This document shows, piece after piece, positions 21,897 to 31,256 of a DNA stretch of 64,000 nt (the stretch's first letter is position 1; every line of letters begins with the position of its first letter). A model generated the notes under the pieces. It was not told where the DNA came from and did no database searches. It worked only from the letters and a program-made list of their open reading frames with translations. The DNA is from Candidatus Marinacidobacterales bacterium (GTDB lineage Bacteria > Acidobacteriota > Vicinamibacteria > Marinacidobacterales > SMYC01): NCBI GenBank assembly GCA_965237955.1, contig OZ250169.1, positions 5,280,001 to 5,344,000 on the forward strand, in the 5' to 3' direction. Both the position numbers and the translations under genes were made by a program.

Positions 21897-22100
21897 ATGG
21901 GATACGTGACAAAGCTGCAGGTGATCAAGCGAGCCAACGACACCCGTCAGTTCTATGTGATTTGCCCGTCACCTTTAGCCCAGGCGCTAGAGATGGAGCC
22001 GGGCGAGGAGCTGGAGTGGGTGGTGGAGGATCGAAACACACTGATTGTGCGTCGGACGCCTAAGGCAAAGCGTGGGAGGAAGCGGGGTAAACGTGGGTGA
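21897..22100 (+). CDS. AbrB/MazE/SpoVT-like small DNA-binding protein carried by the IS
   Basis: FYVICPSPLAQALEMEPGEELEW swapped-hairpin pattern; preceded by TTGACT...TGnTATAGA. Confidence 0.7.
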   Translation: MGYVTKLQVIKRANDTRQFYVICPSPLAQALEMEPGEELEWVVEDRNTLIVRRTPKAKRGRKRGKRG

Positions 22101-23658
22101 TAAGCAAACGTCACTTCCAGGCTTTCCGAGTCCGCGAAAACGCAGCGATGGTGATGACGGCGATGAGGGAGCGCGCGTGACACAAGCTCGGTTGAAGGTG
22201 GTCGATAGGGCGCAGCTGCTGCTGCGGACGGTCGACGTGGAGCGTTTGATCCCAGAGGATCACCCAGCGCGTGCGATCTGGGAGTTCGTGGGTCGGCTGG
22301 ATCTCAGCGGGTACACGGATCAAGTCCGCTCGGTCGCGGGTGGCGCAGGCCGGCCTGCGTTTGATCCTCAGCTACTGGTGAGCCTGTGGGTCTACAGCTA
22401 CAGCCAAGCCGTGAGTTCGGCCCGCGCGGTTGAGCGGCTGTGCGAACATCATCCGGCGTATCAATGGCTCAGCGGAATGCAGAGCATCAGTGCGCACACG
22501 CTGTCGGACTTTCGGATGATTCATAGGGAGATCCTGGACGAGTTGTTTGTGCAAGCTCTGGGAGTTCTGAGTTCGGACGGATTGATCACGCTCGAGCGAG
22601 TCATGCTGGATGGGACGAAGGTGCGCGCGAACGCTTCGTCGAGTGGATTTCGCCGCAAGCCGACGGTCGAAGAGTGCCTGGAGCAGGCGCGTGAGGCGGT
22701 AGAGACTCTCAACGCCCAGACGGAGGAGGAATCGAGCCGGCAGATGCAGGCAGCGCAGCAACGCGCCAGGCGAGAGAGACAGGATCGTCTAGAATCAGCG
22801 TTGAAGGAGTATGACAAGCTGAAAGCCGCGAAAAGCCGCATAGACTGCGTGAGCACGACCGATCCCGACGCGCGGGTGATGAAGCAAGCCGAGGGCGGCT
22901 CCGCACCTAACTACAACGTCCAAGTCTCAACGGATGCCGCACACGGCCTGATTGTCGACATCGATGCCACGCAGGCCGGTAGCGATTATCAGCAGCTGAC
23001 GCCGGCCATAGAACGGATTGAGCAGAGCATGCAGCGTGCGCCCGAGCAGATGGTCGTAGATGGAGGCTACATTAAGTAGCAACAACATCGCGGAGATGGC
23101 GAAGCGCGGCATCGATCTCGTCGGCCCCGACCACGAGAACAAGGCAGCAGAGGCCAATCGGCGCAAGTCGTATAAGCACCACGGCGTGAAAGCGGAATAC
23201 GAGGCGTCGAAGTTTGTCTTCGATACGCAGACCAACACGTATGTGTGCCCGCAGGGCAAGCACTTACGCTACACGCCAAGCAGGAAAGCCATGGCACGAT
23301 GCGCTATCGATATAAGGCGTCTAAGCAAGACTGCCAGACGTGTCCGGCCAAAGAGCAGTGTTGTCCTCGTACGCAGCACGGCCGCTCGATCGAGCGGCGC
23401 GAACTCTTGCCCGACATAGCCGCGTTCCGGAAGAAGATGCAGACCGACGAAGCCAAGGCCATCTATAAGACACGCTCGCAGGTGGCCGAGTTTCCGAATC
23501 TCTGGATCAAAACCAAGTTCGGCCTGCGGCAGTTTAGCGTGCGCGGAGTCGCCAAAGTGCGCACTGAATCTCTGTGGGTCGCCCTCACCTACGATATCTT
23601 GCAGTGGGTTCGCCTCCGCTGGAGGCCGAAGATGGTATCGACACTCGTGCCGACGTGA
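22093..23658 (+). pseudogene. IS1182-family transposase, copy 1 (+1 at about 23073, -1 at about 23273)
   Basis: LIPEDHPAR, GRPAFDP, LDGTKVRANAS, STTDPDARVM, YNVQ, D.GY, CP.G and R...E motifs; indels evident against copy 2. Confidence 0.9.
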
Positions 23659-23833
23659 GCGCGTTGAGCACACGCAGCCCGACTTGTTAAAGCGCTAGCA
23701 ATACGCACCAACGAAACGCCGATACGATATCGGGTGAATCCGTACCGCGCGGACCCGACCCCCTAGTTGACAGAAGTGTGGACCAACCATCCCCATCTCC
23801 CTTGGGAAACGCGATTTTTTCTCACGTCCGGAG

Positions 23834-24030
23834 TTCAGCTTCGGGAAAAAAAGATCATTTTTTGCTTGACAGCGTTTTTGAAGCAACTTACTAAAAACTG
23901 CAGACCAAATCTGTAGTGCGTCTCCAAGCGCGATAGAGAAACGAGACGCGGGTTATTTTTATCTGGGAGACTTCGAAAGTCTCTCGACCTGTTTGCGCTC
24001 GACACACGCGAGCTCAGAGCGTCGAAAAAG
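23834..24030 (+). other. Structured non-coding region upstream of the HNH gene (candidate ncRNA or leader)
   Basis: TTGACA at 23866 followed by four hairpins: 23897-23917, 23918-23949, 23965-23985 and 23997-24013. Confidence 0.4.
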
Positions 24031-24534
24031 TCCATGCTATAAGAAGCACATGAAGAAAACAGAGGAATTGAAATCGCTGTCGGATGACGAGTTACTCTGT
24101 CGACTGTCGGATGTTTTGAAACAGTCACGACGGGTCGAATCCGAGCTCGTTGCACACATCGCTGAAGTCGATGCGCGGAAGTTGTTTGCGCGAGAGGCGT
24201 CACCGTCGATGTTTCAATATTGCGTCGACGCGCTGCACTTATCGAAGGCGGAATCTTTTCTGCGGATCGCCGCGGCGCGTGCGTCCCGCAAACATCTCTT
24301 GCTCTTGACGATGCTCGAGGATGGACGTCTTCACCTGAGCGGCATCTCCGTGCTGGCGCCGCATCTAACGGACGAGAATTGCGATGAGCTCCTGGGTCGG
24401 GCAACCCAGAAGACCAAGGACGCGATCAAGGAACTGGTAGCCGAGATTGCGCCAAAGCCGGATGTTCCGCCGGCGGTTCGCAAGCTGCCGAAACGGAAAG
24501 CGAAGTCGACGTCTCCACCGAAGACCGAACTCCG

Positions 24535-26514
24535 GACGTGAGAAAAAATCGCGTTTCCCAAGGGAGATGGGGATGGTTGGTCCACACTTCTGTCAACTAG
24601 GGGGTCGGGTCCGCGCGGTACGGATTCACCCGATATCGTATCGGCGTTTCGTTGGTGCTCTATGACTAGCGCTTTAACAAGTCGGGCTGCGTGTGCTCAA
24701 CGCGCTCACGTCGGCACGAGTGTCGATACCATCTTCGGCCTCCAGCGGAGGCGAATCCACTGCAAGATATCGTAGGTGAGGGCGACCCACAGAGATTCAG
24801 TGCGCACTTTGGCGACTCCGCGCACGCTAAACTGCCGCAGGCCGAACTTGGTTTTGATCCAGAGATTCGGAAACTCGGCCACCTGCGAGCGTGTCTTATA
24901 GATGGCCTTGGCTTCGTCGGTCTGCATCTTCTTCCGGAACGCGGCTATGTCGGGCAAGAGTTCGCGCCGCTCGATCGAGCGGCCGTGCTGCGTACGAGGA
25001 CAACACTGCTCTTTGGCCGGACACGTCTGGCAGTCTTGCTTAGACGCCTTATATCGATAGCGCATCGTGCCATGGCTTTCCTGCTTGGCGTCGTAGCGTA
25101 AGTGCTTGCCCTGCGGGCACACATACGTGTTGGTCTGCGTATCGAAGACAAACTTCGACGCCTCGTATTCCGCTTTCACGCCGTGGTGCTTATACGACTT
25201 GCGCCGATTGGCCTCTGCTGCCTTGTTCTCGTGGTCGGGGCCGACGAGATCGATGCCGCGCTTCGCCATCTCCGCGATGTTGTTGCTACTAATGTAGCCT
25301 CCATCTACGACCATCTGCTCGGGCGCACGCTGCATGCTCTGCTCAATCCGTTCTATGGCCGGCGTCAGCTGCTGATAATCGCTACCGGCCTGCGTGGCAT
25401 CGATGTCGACAATCAGGCCGTGTGCGGCATCCGTTGAGACTTGGACGTTGTAGTTAGGTGCGGAGCCGCCCTCGGCTTGCTTCATCACCCGCGCGTCGGG
25501 ATCGGTCGTGCTCACGCGGTCTATGCGGCTTTCAGCTTGTCATACTCCTTCAACGCTGATTCTAGACGATCCTGTCTCTCTCGCCTGGCGCGTTGCTGCG
25601 CTGCCTGCATCTGCCGGCTCGATTCCTCCTCCGTCTGGGCGTTGAGAGTCTCTACCGCCTCACGCGCCTGCTCCAGGCACTCTTCGACCGTCGGCTTGCG
25701 GCGAAATCCACTCGACGAAGCGTTCGCGCGCACCTTCGTCCCATCCAGCATGACTCGCTCGAGCGTGATCAATCCGTCCGAACTCAGAACTCCCAGAGCT
25801 TGCACAAACAACTCGTCCAGGATCTCCCTATGAATCATCCGAAAGTCCGACAGCGTGTGCGCACTGATGCTCTGCATTCCGCTGAGCCATTGATACGCCG
25901 GATGATGTTCGCACAGCCGCTCAACCGCGCGGGCCGAACTCACGGCTTGGCTGTAGCTGTAGACCCACAGGCTCACCAGTAGCTGAGGATCAAACGCAGG
26001 CCGGCCTGCGCCACCCGCGACCGAGCGGACTTGATCCGTGTACCCGCTGAGATCCAGCCGACCCACGAACTCCCAGATCGCACGCGCTGGGTGATCCTCT
26101 GGGATCAAACGCTCCACGTCGACCGTCCGCAGCAGCAGCTGCGCCCTATCGACCACCTTCAACCGAGCTTGTGTCACGCGCGCTCCCTCATCGCCGTCAT
26201 CACCATCGCTGCGTTTTCGCGGACTCGGAAAGCCTGGAAGTGACGTTTGCTTATCACCCACGTTTACCCCGCTTCCTCCCACGCTTTGCCTTAGGCGTCC
26301 GACGCACAATCAGTGTGTTTCGATCCTCCACCACCCACTCCAGCTCCTCGCCCGGCTCCATCTCTAGCGCCTGGGCTAAAGGTGACGGGCAAATCACATA
26401 GAACTGACGGGTGTCGTTGGCTCGCTTGATCACCTGCAGCTTTGTCACGTATCCCATGCTGGTCACTCTATAACATAGCTGTACCGCTAGTCAAGCTTAA
26501 TTTTTTCTCACGTC
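24535..26514 (-). mobile_element. IS1182-family element, copy 2 (inverted)
   Basis: Same IRs; direct repeat CTCCG (24530-34 / 26515-19); AbrB-like gene at 26254-26457; transposase 24706-26261 broken by a 10-bp deletion at about 25525. Confidence 0.92.
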
Positions 26515-26530
26515 CTCCGTCCAGACGGAG
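26515..26530. repeat. REP-like palindrome, target site 2 (inside the HNH coding sequence)
   Basis: CTCCGTC-CA-GACGGAG, encoding LRPDG. Confidence 0.8.
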
Positions 26531-27081
26531 CCCCGTCGCCAACTCCGGCTCCAGCACCACCTAAAAAACTACCGGTCGTCGAGCCCTTGGCGCCTTCTCG
26601 TTACAAGATTCAGTTTACCGCGAGCAGCGAGCTCGGCGACAAACTCAAGCGACTCGAGGCGCTCATGCCTGGGAGCGACCTCGCTTCCGTTGTGGAAGCG
26701 GCCGTCACCGAGAAGCTCGAACGGCTCGAAGCCAAGCGTTTCGGTAAGACGAAAAACCCAAGAAAAACGCTCGAGGAAGCGGACACGTCGCCCGGTGTGC
26801 GCGGTATAGCGGCCTCGGTGAGGCGCTTCGTGTGGGCGCGTGATGGCGGTCGATGCACGTTTGAGACGGCGGACGGCAGACGCTGCCCGGCACGCGGGGG
26901 AGTGGAGTATCACCACGACGACCTATGGCCTTGGCGGCGATCGAAGCGCGGACAATATTCGGTTGATGTGTTCGTGCCACAACGCCTACATGGCGGAGCT
27001 GGACTACGGCAAAGAAAAAATGGACCCGTACCGGCGCTCAGCCGACCGCGTTCGTGAGCCGCAGCCGTCGTTTGACTACGA

Positions 27082-27259
27082 ACGTGAGAAAAAATCGCGT
27101 TTCCCAAGGGAGATGGGGATGGTTGGTCCACACTGCGAACTCACGGCTTGGCTGTCGCTGTAGACCCACAGGCTCACCCCTGCGCTAAAGGCGACGGGCA
27201 AATCCACATAGAACTGACGGGTTTCGTTGGCTCGCTTGATCATCTGCAGCTTTGTCACG
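27082..27259 (-). mobile_element. Internally deleted, diverged derivative of the IS1182 element
   Basis: About 52 bp of the IS right end, about 44 bp of transposase and about 75 bp of the AbrB gene, colinear with copy 2; no left IR. Confidence 0.85.
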
Positions 27260-27299
27260 GCTTCACCCCAACCGATCCCATGCTATATTCCGTCCTCCC

Positions 27300-27983
27300 A
27301 TGGACTTCCGCTTGAGCGCCGAGCAGGAGCAGATCCGTCGCTCTGTTCGTGAGATCCTCACCAGGTGAGTGTTGGCAAAAACTCGACCGCGAGCTTGGCT
27401 ACCCTCAGGAATTCATCGATGCGCTTACCAAAGGCGGCTGGCTCGCGGCGCTGATCCCCGAAGAATACGGTGGGTTTGGTGTCGGTGTTCTCGAGGCGAG
27501 TCTCATCCTCGAGGAGATCAACCGCTCGCCCGGGAACGGCGGCGTGTGCCACGCGCAAATGTACAATCGGACGAACCGTACTTCCGGTCGACAACAGCTG
27601 GTTTACGCTCCTCACTCAGAACCCGAACCCGATCCACTTCGACCACCACTATGCATCGCAGACGGAGTTCCGAAAACCGCTGGTGGATTCGACGTTTACG
27701 CTCGCGCTCGTCACCGGGCAATCGGTAACCGACGTTTCGCAAAACGTGATGGCAAATCTCGGCTGGGATGAAGTACGCTTGCCGAACCCGGCGTTCGAGG
27801 CCGACACGATCTACTCGCGGAGCGAAGTGCTCGAAACGCGTGAATCGAAATCGCGCCCGAATGTGCATCGTGACGGTAAAGACGACAGGATTCAATCAAA
27901 AGGGGACGACCGTGATCGAGTTCAAACGCACGGTCATGGTCTATAAACGCGCCCACGTTCCCAAAAGGCCGCAAGCACAATAG
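27300..27983 (+). pseudogene. Deletion fusion of an acyl-CoA dehydrogenase 5' part and a MaoC-like dehydratase 3' part
   Basis: MDFRLSAEQEQIR...IPEEYGG...HAQMY joined at about 27565 to RTV...DNSWFTLLTQNPNPIHFD...ANLGWDEV. Confidence 0.8.
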
Positions 27984-27994
27984 GAGGTGCTGCA

Positions 27995-28300
27995 ATGCGT
28001 ATGTTACTCGATTGGGATATGCCACTCGAGCCGTTCAACACCATGGTCAAGAATGGGACCGCTGGGCGGACGCTCGAAAAAGTTCTGGGTGAGATCAAGC
28101 CCGAGGCGGTGTACTTCGCCGCGCGCAACGGAAAGCGCGGGGGGACGATGATCGTCGATTTACCGGATGCATCCGCTATCCCGAAAATCGCCGAGCACCT
28201 GTTCTTGGCGTTCGAAGCGTCGGTGCATTTTCATCCCTGCATGACGCCCGAAGACCTGGAGAAGGCCGGTCTGGACGATCTCGGCAAGGGCTATGCGTAA
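27995..28300 (+). CDS. Small conserved hypothetical protein (GYD/DUF3303-like)
   Basis: RBS AGGAGG; KPEAVYF...G.RGG...P.MTPEDL pattern. Confidence 0.65.
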   Translation: MRMLLDWDMPLEPFNTMVKNGTAGRTLEKVLGEIKPEAVYFAARNGKRGGTMIVDLPDASAIPKIAEHLFLAFEASVHFHPCMTPEDLEKAGLDDLGKGYA

Positions 28301-29795
28301 CGCGTTTTTCGCGGGCCTCATTGGCCTCTTTTGGGGGTGCGCCGCTGCTCCACGTGCGGCGCCCCCTACCGAGGACGAGCGCGGCGAGCTCCTCGAGCTC
28401 GTCGCGCGAGGCTACTACCCGGGACGAAGCGGCCAGATATTCTTTGTGCTCGAGCCCGGTGAAGTCTTTCTCAGAAAACCCATGGCCTTCTATCGCTTCA
28501 TGCATGGAAGTCCCTGGGAGTACGACCGCCACATCCCGATGCTCTTCTATGGGGCCGGCTTCATCACGCCTGGCGAGCACAGCGAGAGAGCTCACCAGCA
28601 AGATGTCGTGCCGACGCTGTTGTCACTTCTTGGCGTACCACCTGTGGCGACGATGTCCGGTCGTGCTCTCACGGCCATCGTTCGCGATCACGAGAAACCG
28701 CCACGCGTAGCCGTCATCATGGTGCTCGACGGAATGCGTGCGGACTACCTCGAGCGCTACGCGGACGTTATGCCCACACTCATGCGGATGCGGGAACAGG
28801 GGGCGTACTTCGATGATGCGTGGGTGAACTACGTGCCATCGGTGACGAGCGCGGGCCATGCCACCATCGGCACCGGCGCTGATCCGCGGGTGCACGGTAT
28901 CGCAGGCAACGGTTTCTACGATCGGACTCGAGGTGGAACGTTCACGTTGTTCGAAGGCCTTACACCGAAGAACGTGATGGTTCTTGGGCTCGCGGATGTG
29001 TGGAATCTTCGTACCGACGGCGAGGCGGTCATTATTACTCAGGGCACGACGTCCCGAGCTACAGTGAGTTTGGCAGGGCATGGCGCCTGCACGCCGAACG
29101 GTCGCGCCACGATCATGGCGATGTTCGACTACCGCGAAGAGGGCTGGGTCACGAACCGTGACTGTTTCCTCCTGCCCGACTACCTGCAAAGCGAAAACGC
29201 ACGCGAAATGTGGGAGCACGCCGGTGGGCGGTGGCGCGATCTGGACATCGACAACGGCCGCGTTTTTGTCATGACTCCTCTTCTACCCACGTTTCAAGTG
29301 GACGCCCTCGTTTCGATGATCGAGCGTGAAAGCGTTGGGAAGGACGACGTTACCGACCTCGTGCTCGTCAACTTCAAAACCCCCGACTATGTGGGCCACA
29401 ATTTCGGCCCGAAGTCCGACGAAATGAAGGAAACGCTCGAGGCGTTGGACGGCGAGCTCGCCAGAGTTCTCGGCGCACTCGACGCGGCCGCTGGTCGCGA
29501 TGGCTACGTCGTCGCGGTGACCGCGGATCACGGCATGCCCCCGGAGCCAGAGGGGGCCGGACACGCGCGTCGTTTCATTCGTGAGATGACGGCGGCGATC
29601 CACGAAAAGCTCGACCCTGAGAAGGAGCGACTCCTCTACGAATACCTCGATACCGCAAACCACCAACTCTATGTCGACGAACGGCGGATGGACGAGCTGG
29701 GCCTCGAGCTCGAGGACATCGCTTCTGTCGTCGAAAACCTCCCCTACGTACGTGCAGTGTTTACCGAGCACGAAGCCCGCCTGGCAGCTCATTGA
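28293..29795 (+). CDS. Alkaline phosphatase/nucleotide pyrophosphatase superfamily lipoprotein (PafA-like), circularly permuted
   Basis: VLDGMR, PSVTSAGHAT, PDYVGH and TADHG motifs; the HGSPWEYDRHIP motif lies N-terminal. Confidence 0.85.
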   Translation: MRNAFFAGLIGLFWGCAAAPRAAPPTEDERGELLELVARGYYPGRSGQIFFVLEPGEVFLRKPMAFYRFMHGSPWEYDRHIPMLFYGAGFITPGEHSERAHQQDVVPTLLSLLGVPPVATMSGRALTAIVRDHEKPPRVAVIMVLDGMRADYLERYADVMPTLMRMREQGAYFDDAWVNYVPSVTSAGHATIGTGADPRVHGIAGNGFYDRTRGGTFTLFEGLTPKNVMVLGLADVWNLRTDGEAVIITQGTTSRATVSLAGHGACTPNGRATIMAMFDYREEGWVTNRDCFLLPDYLQSENAREMWEHAGGRWRDLDIDNGRVFVMTPLLPTFQVDALVSMIERESVGKDDVTDLVLVNFKTPDYVGHNFGPKSDEMKETLEALDGELARVLGALDAAAGRDGYVVAVTADHGMPPEPEGAGHARRFIREMTAAIHEKLDPEKERLLYEYLDTANHQLYVDERRMDELGLELEDIASVVENLPYVRAVFTEHEARLAAH

Positions 29796-29895
29796 CGGCG
29801 ATGCCGTCAATGATGTAAGACTTCTGTCACGCGCGCGATAGACACATCTCTGGGGTCGCGCTAGCTTTCATTCTCCATCCTCAAGGAGGAGTGCC

Positions 29896-30771
29896 GTGAT
29901 ACCTGCCAGTTTCGACTACGCCCGTCCCAAGACCGTGGCCGAGGCGGTCTCGCTTCTCGGTGAAAACCCCGAGGCGAAGATCCTCGCCGGGGGACACAGC
30001 CTGATCCCGATGATGCGGTTTCGCATGGCCACGCCGGCGATGCTGATCGACATCAACCAGCTCGAGGACCTCTCGTACATCAAAGAAGACGGTGACTGGC
30101 TCGAGATTGGCGCGATGACGCGTGAGTCCGAGCTCGAGTCGTCGGACGTCATACAGAAAAAATACCCGCTTCTATCTGACACCGCCCGGGTTATCGCGGA
30201 CCCGTTGGTCCGTAATCTCGCGACGGTCGGCGGCAACATCGCTCACGGGGATCCCGCGAACGACCATCCGGCCACGATGCTCGCCTACGGCGCCGAGGTC
30301 ACGGCGGCAGGACCGAGCGGGGAGCGTACGATTCCCATCGGTGAGTTCTTCGTTGACGCGTTCACGACGGCGTTGAATCACGACGAAATCCTGACCGCGA
30401 TCCGAATCCCGCGTGCGGTGGCGTCGAGTGGCGGTGCCTATCTCAAGCTGGAGCGGAAAGTCGGTGACTACGCGACCGCCGCGGTGGCGGTGCAGGTAGT
30501 GATGGGCGGCGATGGCAAGGTCGCGACCGCCGGCATCGGGCTCACCAACGTCGGGTTGACACCGATCAAGGCGGGTGCCGCCGAGGATGCGCTGACGGGC
30601 GGCGCGCTCGACGACGACGCCATCAAGAAAGCCGCGGCGCTGGCCTCCGAGGCCGCGGAGCCCATCGAGGACCATCGCGGCTCGGAAGAGTACAAACGCC
30701 ATTTGGTGCGTACGCTGACGAGCCGAGCGCTCAAAAAGGCGCGCGAGCGCGCGGAAGGAGGTGCCTCGTGA
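29896..30771 (+). CDS. coxM: Aerobic CO dehydrogenase FAD subunit
   Basis: [23 protein letters not shown] and [10 protein letters not shown] motifs. Confidence 0.92.
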   Translation: MIPASFDYARPKTVAEAVSLLGENPEAKILAGGHSLIPMMRFRMATPAMLIDINQLEDLSYIKEDGDWLEIGAMTRESELESSDVIQKKYPLLSDTARVIADPLVRNLATVGGNIAHGDPANDHPATMLAYGAEVTAAGPSGERTIPIGEFFVDAFTTALNHDEILTAIRIPRAVASSGGAYLKLERKVGDYATAAVAVQVVMGGDGKVATAGIGLTNVGLTPIKAGAAEDALTGGALDDDAIKKAAALASEAAEPIEDHRGSEEYKRHLVRTLTSRALKKARERAEGGAS

Positions 30772-31256
30772 GTACACACTCCATTACCTTGAAGCTGAAT
30801 GGTGAGGAGCACACCCGCGAAGTCGAAGCGCGCACGCTTTTGGTGCATTTCATCCGCGAAGATCTCAACCTCACCGGAACCCACATCGGCTGCGATACGA
30901 CGTCGTGCGGCGCGTGCACCGTGCTGATGGACGGACGTCCGGTCAAGAGCTGCACGGTGTTCGCGGTGCAAGCCGAGGGCGCCGAGATCACGACCGTCGA
31001 AGGATTGGCGACGAACGGAGACCTTCATCCGATTCAAGAAGGCTTCATGCAGGAGCACGGTCTTCAGTGCGGCTACTGCACGCCGGGGATGATGTTGACG
31101 TCCTCGGCTCTGTTGAAGGACAACCCGAGCCCGAGCGAGGAAGAAATCCGGTGGGGCATTTCCGGAAATCTTTGCCGATGTACCGGCTATATGAATATCG
31201 TGAAGGCGGTTCAGTACGCGTCTTCAAAGATAGCGGAGGGAGGTTCCAATGACTGA
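30768..31256 (+). CDS. coxS: Aerobic CO dehydrogenase 2x[2Fe-2S] subunit
   Basis: [10 protein letters not shown]...C and QCGYC...NLCRCTGY motifs. Confidence 0.93.
   Translation: MSTHSITLKLNGEEHTREVEARTLLVHFIREDLNLTGTHIGCDTTSCGACTVLMDGRPVKSCTVFAVQAEGAEITTVEGLATNGDLHPIQEGFMQEHGLQCGYCTPGMMLTSSALLKDNPSPSEEEIRWGISGNLCRCTGYMNIVKAVQYASSKIAEGGSND

Larger units (their letters stand above)
21840..23828 (+). mobile_element. IS1182-family element, copy 1 (AbrB-like gene plus transposase)
   Basis: Terminal IR GACGTGA(T/G)AAAAAAT; flanking direct repeat CGGAG (21835-39 / 23829-33); near-identical inverted copy at 24535-26514. Confidence 0.92.
24050..27081 (+). pseudogene. DUF222-like/HNH endonuclease gene split by IS copy 2 (5' part 24050-24534, 3' part 26520-27081)
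   Basis: SLSDDELL...LVAHIAEVDARKL...PSMFQYC N-terminus; removing the IS restores the frame KTELRPDGAP...RYKIQFTAS...VRRFVWARDGGRC...C...YHH / GG.....NIRLMC..HN; extra frameshift at about 26921. Confidence 0.85.

Noticed and set aside
23060-23290. Programmed frameshifting in the IS1182 transposase
   Set aside because: Copy 2 is continuous across these positions, so they are copy-specific indels.
24050-27081. HNH protein as IscB/Cas9-like nuclease
   Set aside because: No PLMP or RuvC motifs are visible; the architecture is a DUF222-like N-terminus plus a C-terminal HNH.
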